NCBI GenBank assembly: GCA_028692765.1
Contig: JAQUWT010000005.1
Span: forward strand, 1 to 60,956
Length of the DNA stretch: 60,956 bases
Reading direction: 5' to 3'
Source: Patescibacteria group bacterium
Lineage (GTDB): Bacteria > Patescibacteriota > Patescibacteriia > Patescibacteriales > UBA12465
Shown here piece after piece: positions 36,713 to 46,269 of this stretch. Position 1 is the stretch's first letter. Every line of letters starts with the position of its first letter. A model generated the notes under the pieces. It saw only the letters and a list, made by a program, of their open reading frames with translations, was not told where the DNA came from and did no database searches. A program made the translations under genes and the position numbers.

Positions 36713-39526
36713 TTATTGCCCCACGCTAATCTTGCTCAAATCCTGATTACTGATGCCTAAGCTCAAATAACGCATAATTTGAAAAGCTAAATCGCCATTG
36801 CCAAGATAGTAGCGCTTGCCGTCCTGGGGATTAACATACCAAGCCTCGCCGTTTTTCTGTACCTGGAGCAAAATTTTGCCCTTCTGCTTAGCGGCGAAAC
36901 TGAAATCATAGGACAAAGCGCCGGCGCCCAGGGGATTATAGCCGGCCCGAAGTTCTTCTCCGTCTAAATAGCCGTCGCCGTCGCTGTCGCTGTTACTAGG
37001 ATTACTGCCGATAGATACTTCCAAGCCGTCAGGCAAAAGATCGCCATCGCTATCATCGCCGGCAAAACGGCTGTCAACGCCAATCGGAATTTTTCTTAAA
37101 TCATCATCCGTAATACCGACGCCGGTCTGGCGCATTATCTGATAAGCGGCCGCGCCGTCAGCCAAATAATAACGCTTGGAATTTTTAGGGTTAAGATACC
37201 AAGCCTGCCCCTTATCTTCCACTTGCAGCAGGATATAACCGGCTAAGCGTTTTTCCAAAGAACCGGAAGCGGTCGAGGACGAAGCACTGGAGCTGGATGT
37301 AGAAGTAAGGCTCATGGCCACCGATAAAGCCGGGCGGCTCAGAGAAAATTTCTGTCCGGCTTCTATTTGCTGGGCTTTTTCCATTTTCAAGCTGACAGTC
37401 TTGATTTTGCCGTTCTGTGCCCAAAAAGCCTGGCCGTATTCCGTCTTGTTCTTATCGATATATGACAATAAATAGGGTCCGTCGGCCAGAAGCGCTTCTC
37501 CTTGTTTATTGGCCGCCAGCTTGATGCTGCCGACTTCTTTATCTTTATAAAAATAGCCGCCGCTTTCATACAAGGAATATACTTTCAAAACGGTATTGGC
37601 CGGCATCAATTCCCCCAGAGCGCTGGCCAAAGTGGCACGCGTGACACTAAGGCTTAAATTCGCTTTGTTCGCCTGACGATCTTTGATGACGGCATTCCAA
37701 AAAATATTATTGCGCTTAAAGGCATCGGCAACAACCAAAGCATAAGTGCCGGCCGGATATTCCAAATGCAGGTTACCGGAACTATCGGTCTTGCCGCTGC
37801 TTAATAAATCGCCCAAAGAATAAGCGGAACCGTTCACTGTCTGGGCATAAAGCTTGACTTCCGTATTAGCGGCCGCTTGGCCGGCAGCAGATTTAACGCT
37901 CAGAGATAAATCACTGAAAACATATTCGAAGGTAGCATTTTTATTGGCGTCGATGGCGATATTATAGGCGTCAAACACGCTTTTATTAACGGTAGCGGAA
38001 AAAATATAGAGGCCGCGCTTAGTTTGATTGAAAGGATGGGCGGGGGCTACATAAATAATGGCCGCCCCGTTACTGCCGGTCTTCAAAGTGGCAATCAGCT
38101 TCTTTGTATCTTTAACCGGACGATTATCGGCGTCGAATGATTCTTCATACAGAGAAAAAGAAAAATCTTTTTTCAGATTCCCGCTGGCGTCGCGCAGAAC
38201 TACTTTTAAATAAGGCAAGCTCTTGGTAATTGTCCGGTCATAACCGCACACGAAACGGGCGGCATCAAAAAACCAAAACTCGCCCAAATCGCTCTTTTTA
38301 TCATAAGCTTTAAGAGCATAGCTTTTGCGCGGATCCGGCTTGAAACTCAGCTCGGCTTTGCCGGCGCTGTTGGTCGTACCGCTGCCTATCTTTTTGCCGG
38401 CGATAGGACGGGCAAAAACATCAACATCCTGTTCGTAAATTTCATATTTAAAGCCGCTTAAAGCCTCGCCGCCCATGCCTATCAAATTAACGGTCAATTT
38501 GGAGGTGTCAGAGCAAGTTTCCGTACCCGATTGCCAAGAACTGCCAACCTGCCAATCATATTCATTTAATTGTCCGTCTAAAATCTCCACATCCCAGAGA
38601 TAGTCATACTGGCCATTGCTGCCCTTGACGCCCAGAACATAAACGCCGGCCGGATATTCAAAAATGCCATAACCATCATCGCTGGTCTGAAATTCCCCCA
38701 CTTTATCTCCCTGGATTTCGTCATTATTGCCGTCAATTCCCTGTTCATATACCTCCACTTTAGTCTTTCCCGGAAATAAAGCCCCGGCAACGGTCCTTAA
38801 AGTCACTTTAACGGCACTGGAGTAATATTCGGAATTGGTCAGCAATTCATCTCTCACCTTAATATCATAGAGATCAAATTTATGGCCATTGCGCGTTAAT
38901 TCCAAGACATAATCATCGCTCCGGCTGCCATCAAGGCTGCGCACACTCCCCTGGGGCACATAGATGCGGGCGCCGCCGCTCGTGCCGGTATTTAAAGTCG
39001 CGACCAAATCTTTAGTTTGTTTAATAGGATTGCCGTCTAAATCATAATTCTGCGTATAAACATTGAAACTGGTGTTATATAACAAATTCCCGTCATAGTC
39101 GCGCAAAACAAAATTAATTCCGCTTAAAATTTTCTCAATGCTCAGCTGCTGGCCGCAGCTTAATTCCAAATTATAATACCAATAACTGGTAACATCCTTG
39201 GTAATTGATTGAATTTTTAACGCATAAATACCGCTCTCCGCATTGCTGTTGCGGAATTTTAACGTAGCGATACCAGTGCTGGTATTAGCACTGGCGCTAG
39301 CCGCCCTAGTCCCCGGCTTAGGCTTGCCGTTAGCGTCGGTAACTTGATAATAGAGCTCGGCCTTGATGCCGGAGATATAAGAACCGCCGGGATCACGCGC
39401 CACGACATCCAGCTTAGTGTCCAGATTGCAAACGGCGGCGGAAGCGGGCAAAGCCGCTGCCAAAAAAAACAAGAAAGCCGCGGCCGCTACAAAAGAGAAA
39501 AAATAAGATTTGGCAAGAAAATTCAT
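36713..39526 (-). CDS. Large secreted surface protein with an internally duplicated module of about 300 aa, thrombospondin-type-3-like Ca-binding repeats and a twice-repeated C-terminal motif
   Basis: Signal peptide ..ALPASAAV. Modules starting at VCNLDTKLDV.. and TCSDTSKLTV.. align along their length (..YALK..CG..LRD.GN..L(V/I)ATL(N/K)TG). DSDGDLLPDGLE / DSDGDGYLDGEE repeats are present. ILLQV(E/Q)..G.AWY(L/V)NP...KRYYL occurs twice. Confidence 0.8.
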   Translation of the reverse strand: MNFLAKSYFFSFVAAAAFLFFLAAALPASAAVCNLDTKLDVVARDPGGSYISGIKAELYYQVTDANGKPKPGTRAASASANTSTGIATLKFRNSNAESGIYALKIQSITKDVTSYWYYNLELSCGQQLSIEKILSGINFVLRDYDGNLLYNTSFNVYTQNYDLDGNPIKQTKDLVATLNTGTSGGARIYVPQGSVRSLDGSRSDDYVLELTRNGHKFDLYDIKVRDELLTNSEYYSSAVKVTLRTVAGALFPGKTKVEVYEQGIDGNNDEIQGDKVGEFQTSDDGYGIFEYPAGVYVLGVKGSNGQYDYLWDVEILDGQLNEYDWQVGSSWQSGTETCSDTSKLTVNLIGMGGEALSGFKYEIYEQDVDVFARPIAGKKIGSGTTNSAGKAELSFKPDPRKSYALKAYDKKSDLGEFWFFDAARFVCGYDRTITKSLPYLKVVLRDASGNLKKDFSFSLYEESFDADNRPVKDTKKLIATLKTGSNGAAIIYVAPAHPFNQTKRGLYIFSATVNKSVFDAYNIAIDANKNATFEYVFSDLSLSVKSAAGQAAANTEVKLYAQTVNGSAYSLGDLLSSGKTDSSGNLHLEYPAGTYALVVADAFKRNNIFWNAVIKDRQANKANLSLSVTRATLASALGELMPANTVLKVYSLYESGGYFYKDKEVGSIKLAANKQGEALLADGPYLLSYIDKNKTEYGQAFWAQNGKIKTVSLKMEKAQQIEAGQKFSLSRPALSVAMSLTSTSSSSASSSTASGSLEKRLAGYILLQVEDKGQAWYLNPKNSKRYYLADGAAAYQIMRQTGVGITDDDLRKIPIGVDSRFAGDDSDGDLLPDGLEVSIGSNPSNSDSDGDGYLDGEELRAGYNPLGAGALSYDFSFAAKQKGKILLQVQKNGEAWYVNPQDGKRYYLGNGDLAFQIMRYLSLGISNQDLSKISVGQ

Positions 39527-39625
39527 AAAAATAAATTTAAAATCTAATCTTATTAAAAAATTAGATTTTCCAGTTTATCAAAAAAATCTTTTTTAATTAT
39601 ATCACACCTTTGAGGCGGAGCCAAA

Positions 39626-39650
39626 CAAAAAACAGGCTTTTAGGCCTGTT
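39626..39650 (-). terminator. Rho-independent terminator
   Basis: On the minus strand, ACAGGC-CTAAAA-GCCTGT is followed by TTTTTTGTTT. Confidence 0.7.
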
Positions 39651-39658
39651 TTTTGAAA

Positions 39659-41008
39659 TTATGGCAAGAGGAAACTTTCGTTAATATTACTGATAGAAGG
39701 CGCCAGCGAAAGATTGTAGCTCGTTCCCACCGCGGTCAAGCTGCTTAACTCCAGGTCAACGCTCCGGCCGCTCTGATAATCCGGGTCCAAATTGGCGCTG
39801 ACGCTAAGCTCAAGACTGTCTCCGGCCGACAAGCGCAAATAATTAACATCGAAAATTATCTGGCCGTCCTCCATGTGGCTGGCAGTGGCAATCAATTGAT
39901 TGCCCCGTCTTAATTTAAACAGCTCTAAATCATTCTGGGAGGCGGAACCGTTATTTCTAAAAATAAGCTGCCTGATATAAACATCTTCATTGCCGCTGAT
40001 TTCGGATACCCGGAACTTGCCTAGGTTTTTGGCGCTGCCATTAGCACCCAAACTCATCTCTTCGGCCACTACGGTGCCTAATATATGGCCGGCATCAAGC
40101 AGCTTGAATTCCGTACCGACAAGAGGAAAATTTCCCGAAAGCGCCAAATTACTGGTCACGGCCTGGGCGTTTTCCAATTGCAAGCGCATTGTCTGATTCT
40201 TCACATTATCTAAATAATTTAAATCTAAGAGCACTTTCAACTTGATAGTATTGCCGGCGGGAACATAAAAAGAATTCTGGCGGAAACGGAAAGTCAGCCG
40301 GCGGTCATGATAACTGCTGCTGCCTTCGATTTTTTCACCGGTATTGGCATTAACCAAACTGACGCTACCAACTAAAGCATCGGAATAAATGCCAGATAAT
40401 TTAAAAGTTATGTCTTGAAATAGAGCCGCTTCATCGCCGGCGGTAAAAGATAAGAGCATAACTTGATTATCGCGAGTGCCGGCCACCAAAGGATTCCCCG
40501 ACTGAGAATTATCTAATAAAGTTTGAGAAACGCTCAAACCGGCGCTTTTTTCCAAGCCGGCGGCCTCATAAGAATCTTCAGAAGCATACTGCGATAACTC
40601 AAAATCACTGACAGTAATCGGCAAGACATTTTCCAGATTATAATTAATGATATCCTGCAAAGTGTTCATTTTTACCTTCTCGCTGCCGCGAATATAATAT
40701 AAATCATCGCTCTCGGCGCTTTTAATCAGCCGCGCTTCCGGCCATTTAGCCAATTCTTCCGGGCTAATGGTTTTTACCTCCGACCAGTCATTGCCATAGT
40801 CTAAAAAAACCGCTTCGTTGATATAAGCTTTACGTTGAGAAGTGGCATGGCTAAGAAAATAGACTGTGCTTTCTCCCGGCACTTTTACCTGATTAATATC
40901 CGAGCTTAAAGCATTAGCTTGGCTGATATTAAACAAAAAAAGTGAAGCAAATATCAGGGTTAAGCCAAAAAATTGATAAATATAAGTTTTTTTATTAAAT
41001 TTAAGCAT
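39659..41008 (-). CDS. Secreted/anchored hypothetical protein
   Basis: The start is set at MLKFNKK, giving an N-terminal signal/anchor (the longest ORF extends to 41104). The protein is beta-rich, with no motif I recognise. Confidence 0.6.
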   Translation of the reverse strand: MLKFNKKTYIYQFFGLTLIFASLFLFNISQANALSSDINQVKVPGESTVYFLSHATSQRKAYINEAVFLDYGNDWSEVKTISPEELAKWPEARLIKSAESDDLYYIRGSEKVKMNTLQDIINYNLENVLPITVSDFELSQYASEDSYEAAGLEKSAGLSVSQTLLDNSQSGNPLVAGTRDNQVMLLSFTAGDEAALFQDITFKLSGIYSDALVGSVSLVNANTGEKIEGSSSYHDRRLTFRFRQNSFYVPAGNTIKLKVLLDLNYLDNVKNQTMRLQLENAQAVTSNLALSGNFPLVGTEFKLLDAGHILGTVVAEEMSLGANGSAKNLGKFRVSEISGNEDVYIRQLIFRNNGSASQNDLELFKLRRGNQLIATASHMEDGQIIFDVNYLRLSAGDSLELSVSANLDPDYQSGRSVDLELSSLTAVGTSYNLSLAPSISNINESFLLP

Positions 41009-41179
41009 AAAAATATTGAAATTTAGGCATTTTTTACCTAGACAAATTATATCACTTTTTGAAATTAGTGTCAATAGTAGATAGTGACATCGCAACAAAA
41101 ACATTTAGAAAATTAGAAGATAAAATTAGCTAAAAATAATTGCCTTTTCAGGCTTTTATTGATATGATTCAAATATAAT

Positions 41180-42517
41180 ATGGGAAAAAACTTAAAAAAA
41201 TTCATTTTTTTAGGAGGCGACATCATTGTTTTACACGCTGCCCTCGCTTTTACCCTGTTTGTCCGCTACCGCCTTTTTAGCGGCATCGACGGCATCAGCC
41301 CTTATTGGCAGGCCCACTGGCATTATTTCTGGGGGGTGTTCTTTATTTTTATTTTAGTTTTCTATATCAATAATCTCTATAGCCTGCGCCAAATGGTCTC
41401 GGCTCGCAGTTTCCTGCGCAAGACCGTCAACAGCGTCATCAGTGCCGCCCTCCTCTCCGTCATCTATTTCTACATCTACCCGCGAGTCGACATCGCCCCC
41501 AAAACTAATCTTGCCATTTTCTCTGTCTCGGCGCTTATCGGCTTTCTCGGCTGGCGCCGCCTTGCTTATTGGCTGATTAAAGCCGACACCTGGCAAAATA
41601 ATATCGCTCTTATCGGTTCGACAAAAAAGATGGAGGAATTAAAGCAGGAATTAGAGGCCAAGCCCGGGCTCGGCTACCGCGTTTCCCTCATTATCAGCGA
41701 GACTTCCGACTTGTCCGATTTGGAAAACAAAATTTTAAACAAGGACATCCGCCTCATCATCTTAGCGGACGATTTCCCGGCAGGAAAAGATTGGCGCAAT
41801 GAGCTCTTCCCTTTGCTCCGCCACAAAATCAGCTTTAGCACCTACAATAATTTCTACGAACAACTCAAACAAGCGGTGCCGATAAGCAGTATCGGCCAAA
41901 ATTGGTTTTTAGAGAATTTAAAAGAAGGGGAAAAAAATTATTTTGATTTCTTCAAGCGCAGCGCCGACCTAATCGGAGCCAGTTTTTTGTTTCTTGCCTT
42001 GCTGCCCATATCAATTCTGGCGGTCATAGCGGTAAAATTCAGCAGCCCGGGACCAATAATTTTCAGCCAATACCGCCTAGGTTTAAACGGACGCCGATTT
42101 AAGCTGTATAAATTCCGGACAATGAGGGTTGAAGGCAATAATTTCGCCATGACGGAAAAAAATGACCGGCGCATCACCGCCAGCGGCCGTTTTCTGCGCG
42201 CCAGCCGTCTTGATGAGATTCCTCAGCTTATAAACATCATCAAAGGAGAGATGAGCTTCATCGGTCCCCGCCCGGAAAGACCGGAATTAGCGGCCAGCCT
42301 ATCCCAAGCAATTCCCTTCTACGACACCCGCCTGCTAATCAAGCCGGGGCTGACTGGCTGGGATCAAATTTCCGGAGAATACCATTCCGCCACCGCCGCC
42401 GATACCATGAAAAAACTACAGAACGATTTATATTACATCAAGCATCGTTCTCTTTATTTAGACCTATCAATCGCCCTTAAAACCGTCGCCACCGTGCTGG
42501 GACGGAAAGGGAGATAA
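41180..42517 (+). CDS. Polyprenyl-phosphate sugar phosphotransferase (bacterial sugar transferase, WbaP/EpsL-like initiating enzyme)
   Basis: Four to five N-terminal TM segments. The C-terminal catalytic domain carries KFRTM, DEIPQLINIIKGEMSFIGPRPERPE and PGLTGWDQI. Confidence 0.88.
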   Translation: MGKNLKKFIFLGGDIIVLHAALAFTLFVRYRLFSGIDGISPYWQAHWHYFWGVFFIFILVFYINNLYSLRQMVSARSFLRKTVNSVISAALLSVIYFYIYPRVDIAPKTNLAIFSVSALIGFLGWRRLAYWLIKADTWQNNIALIGSTKKMEELKQELEAKPGLGYRVSLIISETSDLSDLENKILNKDIRLIILADDFPAGKDWRNELFPLLRHKISFSTYNNFYEQLKQAVPISSIGQNWFLENLKEGEKNYFDFFKRSADLIGASFLFLALLPISILAVIAVKFSSPGPIIFSQYRLGLNGRRFKLYKFRTMRVEGNNFAMTEKNDRRITASGRFLRASRLDEIPQLINIIKGEMSFIGPRPERPELAASLSQAIPFYDTRLLIKPGLTGWDQISGEYHSATAADTMKKLQNDLYYIKHRSLYLDLSIALKTVATVLGRKGR

Positions 42518-42525
42518 TCTCATCT

Positions 42526-43212
42526 ATGATAATAATGGACAAGATAAACCTATTAAAAAAAAATCCGAAAATGATAATTTTTTGGATTTATAAAATAATT
42601 AACCACATAAAAAAAACTCCATTAAATAATGGGGAAAGATATGACCCAAATATACTAAAAAAATTTGGCATTGAAGACCCACACCAAGCGGCCCGTTATC
42701 ACTTCGCTAAAACCATTACTAAAAATAAATCGGTTATTGATATCGCCTGCGGGACCGGCTATGGCAGCGCCATACTAGCTGATGAGGCCAATAGTGTTAT
42801 TGGTGTTGATATTTCTCCAATATCAATCGCCTACGCCAATAAACATTACAAAAAAGAAAAAATTAATTTTATTATAGATGATTTTTTTTCATGCCAGCAA
42901 AAAGCTGATGTGGCTATTTCCTTTGAAACTATTGAACACCTAAAATCAGACTTGAACAAGACCGTAAACCATCTTCTCCTACTGGCCAATGAGTTGGTAA
43001 TATGCAGCGTTCCTTATGAAGAAGAAGCTGGTCATAATAGGCATCATTTCCATTTTAAAATTAATGAAAATAATTTTAATTTTTTAAATAATAAATATAA
43101 ATATTATTTCTTATATCAAACGCCGGATGGCGACATAAATGCAGAAAAAAAGGGAGATACTGTCTCATTAATCCTAATTATCCAGAAAGCAAACACCTCT
43201 GTTATTTCTTAA
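42526..43212 (+). CDS. Class I SAM-dependent methyltransferase
   Basis: Motif I VIDIACGTGYGS and motif II-like DVAISFETIEHL; 228 aa; very AT-rich. Confidence 0.75.
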   Translation: MIIMDKINLLKKNPKMIIFWIYKIINHIKKTPLNNGERYDPNILKKFGIEDPHQAARYHFAKTITKNKSVIDIACGTGYGSAILADEANSVIGVDISPISIAYANKHYKKEKINFIIDDFFSCQQKADVAISFETIEHLKSDLNKTVNHLLLLANELVICSVPYEEEAGHNRHHFHFKINENNFNFLNNKYKYYFLYQTPDGDINAEKKGDTVSLILIIQKANTSVIS

Positions 43213-43236
43213 AAACGCCGACCAAATAATTTTAAT

Positions 43237-44043
43237 ATGATTTATTCAATCATCATAATTAATTATAAAACCAAAGAGTTGACAGCCGAGTGCATCCAAA
43301 GTTTATTTAAACAAATCAAAACAATAAAATTCGAAATTATCGTTATTGATAACGCTTCAGGTGACGGTAGTGTAAAATTCTTACAAGAAAAATTTGGCGA
43401 TACAATAAAATTAATCACCAATGAAAACAATCTAGGTTTTGCCGGTGCTAATAACCAAGGAGCCGCTCTTGCTAAAGGGGACATTTTTCTTTTTTTAAAC
43501 AGTGACACTATTATTGAAAAAAACTTTTTTCATGACTATTCAGACATTTTAAAACAAAACAAACAAATTGGCATTATCTCCCCCCGCCTTTTAACCGCCT
43601 CGGGCGAAAATCAAAAATCAGCCTTCGGGCGCTTCCCTAATATTTTTAGATTGATAACGCAAAAAACAAAAATCGATCCGATATTGGACGAAAATAAAAA
43701 ATATAATATAGTCGACTGGGTGAGCGGCTGTGCGCTGATAATTAGACGCGATTTATTCGAACAAATAAAAGGCTGGGATGAAAAGTTTTTTCTATACTAC
43801 GAGGATGTAGATTTATGCAAAAGAGTAAAAAATTGCGGCTATCTGAGCGCGGTGGCCAATAAAACAACGATTATCCATTTGGGCGGGCAGAGCCTAGCAC
43901 AAAGCTTAAAAAAACACCGGCACTATTTCCGTTCCCAAGATTATTATTTCCGAAAACACTACGGTTTTATTACTTCTCTCATCCTTAAATTAGCACGGCT
44001 TCCCTACGAACTGATAATTATAATCAAAAGCGTCAAAAAATAA
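43237..44043 (+). CDS. Family 2 glycosyltransferase
   Basis: SIIIINYKT, VIDNASGDGS and LFLNSDT motifs; 268 aa; AT-rich. Confidence 0.85.
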   Translation: MIYSIIIINYKTKELTAECIQSLFKQIKTIKFEIIVIDNASGDGSVKFLQEKFGDTIKLITNENNLGFAGANNQGAALAKGDIFLFLNSDTIIEKNFFHDYSDILKQNKQIGIISPRLLTASGENQKSAFGRFPNIFRLITQKTKIDPILDENKKYNIVDWVSGCALIIRRDLFEQIKGWDEKFFLYYEDVDLCKRVKNCGYLSAVANKTTIIHLGGQSLAQSLKKHRHYFRSQDYYFRKHYGFITSLILKLARLPYELIIIIKSVKK

Positions 44044-44050
44044 ACATCTT

Positions 44051-45139
44051 ATGAAAATAGTCATCAACGCCCTCCCCTATTTCAGCTACCAAGGAATTGA
44101 ATATTTTTTGGCAAATTTAATCCAAGCCTGGCCGGCAAATAAAGACGATGAAATAACAATTCTAGCCAATGAAATCTCCGCCAGATTTTTTGAATCCTGG
44201 CCGGATAATTTCAAACTGGAAATAATCAAATTTAAAAAAATCGATAAACTATCGATTTTTATTTTTCAACAATTAAAACTCGGACGCCTGCTCAAAAAAA
44301 GAAAAACTGATTTATTGTTCTGTGCTTCTTTAAATTGCCCCTGGCTATATGCTAAAAAAATAGTCACAATCCACGACGCTGCGCCTTTCGTAATTAAAGG
44401 TGAAAGCGGCCAGATAGGAAAAATGTACTGGAAAATATCTTTATTTTTTGCCAAACACTTTTCCCTTCACATACTGACCGTATCTGAGTTTTCCCGCCAA
44501 GAATTGATTGAAAAATTGAAAATTAATAAAGACAAATTAGACATAATTTATCCGGCTCCGCCGATAATAACGACATCGTACAAAAATCAAGCAGAAATAA
44601 AAAATCCCTACGTCATCGTTATCGGCAACGCGCGTTTTAGAAAAAATTTACAAGTCCTCTTCAAAGCTTATTCACTAATTAAAAACGAATTCTCCGATTT
44701 ACTGCTGATAGTTATAGGAAAAATGGATAAAGAAATGAAAATATTAGCCAATTCCAGCCAAGACCCAAATATTCAATTCACAGGGTTTGTAAGTGATGAA
44801 AAAAAATATAAATTATTAGGAGGGGCTAAAGCCCTTATCTTCCCCTCTTTATATGAAGGCTTCGGTTCTCCGAACCTAGAAGCACAAATTATTGGCACTC
44901 CAGTTATCTGTTCGGACATACCGCCTTTTAAAGAAGTAACTGGCAATAGCGCACTATTCTTCGACCCTATGTCTCCAGAAAAATTGGCAGAAGCGATTAA
45001 AAAAATTATCCTCAGTCCGGAGTTAGCCGATAATTTGCGCCATCAAGGGGCAATTAACTGCCAACGTTTTGATTGGCGGGAATCAGCCAAAAAACTCTCG
45101 GAAATAATCCATCTCTATGAAAATCCTGCAGATAAATAA
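44051..45139 (+). CDS. GT-B glycosyltransferase, family 4
   Basis: IFPSLYEGFGSPNLEAQIIGTPVICSD motif; 362 aa; AT-rich. Confidence 0.85.
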   Translation: MKIVINALPYFSYQGIEYFLANLIQAWPANKDDEITILANEISARFFESWPDNFKLEIIKFKKIDKLSIFIFQQLKLGRLLKKRKTDLLFCASLNCPWLYAKKIVTIHDAAPFVIKGESGQIGKMYWKISLFFAKHFSLHILTVSEFSRQELIEKLKINKDKLDIIYPAPPIITTSYKNQAEIKNPYVIVIGNARFRKNLQVLFKAYSLIKNEFSDLLLIVIGKMDKEMKILANSSQDPNIQFTGFVSDEKKYKLLGGAKALIFPSLYEGFGSPNLEAQIIGTPVICSDIPPFKEVTGNSALFFDPMSPEKLAEAIKKIILSPELADNLRHQGAINCQRFDWRESAKKLSEIIHLYENPADK

Positions 45140-46214
45140 ACTATACCACCCTGTAATCGGCGGTATCGAAACGGTTGTTAAAAATATTGCCGAAGGCTTG
45201 AATAATCACGCTGATTTTAAAATTGAAGTTCTGGCTTGCCAAGAAAAAGGAAAAAGGAGTATTGATAATCTCAATGGCATAAAAGTTCATCGCGCCGCTT
45301 CCTGGGGAAAGAAATTAGGGATGCCCTTATCTTTGGATTTTTTCAAACTATTTTGGCGGATAAAAAATGACTACGACCTTTTTATCTTGCACTACCCCTT
45401 CCCTTTAGCCGCCTTTATCACCCCCTTCATTCCCAAGAAAAAATTAATCATCTACTACCATTCCGATATCGTCCGCCAAAAGCTGGGCGCCGTCATTTTT
45501 GCTCCCTTTATCAAATATAGCTTGAAAAAAGCAAAAATAATCTTATCCGGCAGCCATAACTTAATTCAGTCATCCCCCTATCTGCGCCAAGTGGCCAATA
45601 AATGTGAAATTCTGCCCTTCGGCTGTGAAATTAAATACAATCAAGAAGATGAAAGGCAGGCAAAAGACCTAAAAACAAAATATGGAAAAGATGAAGTGCT
45701 CTTATTGGCTGTCGGGCGCTTAGTCTACTATAAGGGCTTTGAATACGCTATCAGAGCAATGGAAGGGATACGGGCTAAATTGCTCATTATCGGCGCCGGA
45801 CCGGAAAAAGATAAACTGGAGCAATTGATTACAAAATTTAATCTGCAAGAAACTATAAGCATTATTGCTCCTCAACCCGATTTAAAACCTTTTTTTCTGG
45901 CCGCGGACATCTTTCTCTTCCCTTCAACCGAGCGCAGCGAAGCCTTCGGGCTGGTCCAGCTGGAAGCGCTGGCGGCCGGCAAGCCGGTAATCAACACTTA
46001 TCTGCAAACTGGAGTCGAAGAAGTCAGCCTCAATAACATCAGCGGCCTGACAGTTGAAGCTAAAAACGACAAGGCCCTGCATCAAGCAATCGACACTCTG
46101 GTTAAAGACCGAACACTACGAGAAAAGCTGGGAGATCAAGGGCGGCAGCGCTATCAAGAATTATATACTCTGACTAGATTCACCGATAATCTCCGCAAAA
46201 TCCTTGAACAATAA
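45117..46214 (+). CDS. GT-B glycosyltransferase, family 4
   Basis: LFPSTERSEAFGLVQLEALAAGKPVINT motif; 365 aa; overlaps the upstream gene by 23 nt. Confidence 0.85.
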   Translation: MKILQINKLYHPVIGGIETVVKNIAEGLNNHADFKIEVLACQEKGKRSIDNLNGIKVHRAASWGKKLGMPLSLDFFKLFWRIKNDYDLFILHYPFPLAAFITPFIPKKKLIIYYHSDIVRQKLGAVIFAPFIKYSLKKAKIILSGSHNLIQSSPYLRQVANKCEILPFGCEIKYNQEDERQAKDLKTKYGKDEVLLLAVGRLVYYKGFEYAIRAMEGIRAKLLIIGAGPEKDKLEQLITKFNLQETISIIAPQPDLKPFFLAADIFLFPSTERSEAFGLVQLEALAAGKPVINTYLQTGVEEVSLNNISGLTVEAKNDKALHQAIDTLVKDRTLREKLGDQGRQRYQELYTLTRFTDNLRKILEQ

Positions 46215-46223
46215 TTTAAGCCT

Positions 46224-46259
46224 AAAAAAAACAGCCTCTGTCTAAAGAAGCTGTTTTTT
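46224..46259. terminator. Bidirectional rho-independent terminator
   Basis: A8, then the ACAGCCTCT..AGAAGCTGT hairpin (one mismatch), then T6, between convergent genes. Confidence 0.65.
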
Positions 46260-46269
46260 AATATTTAAA

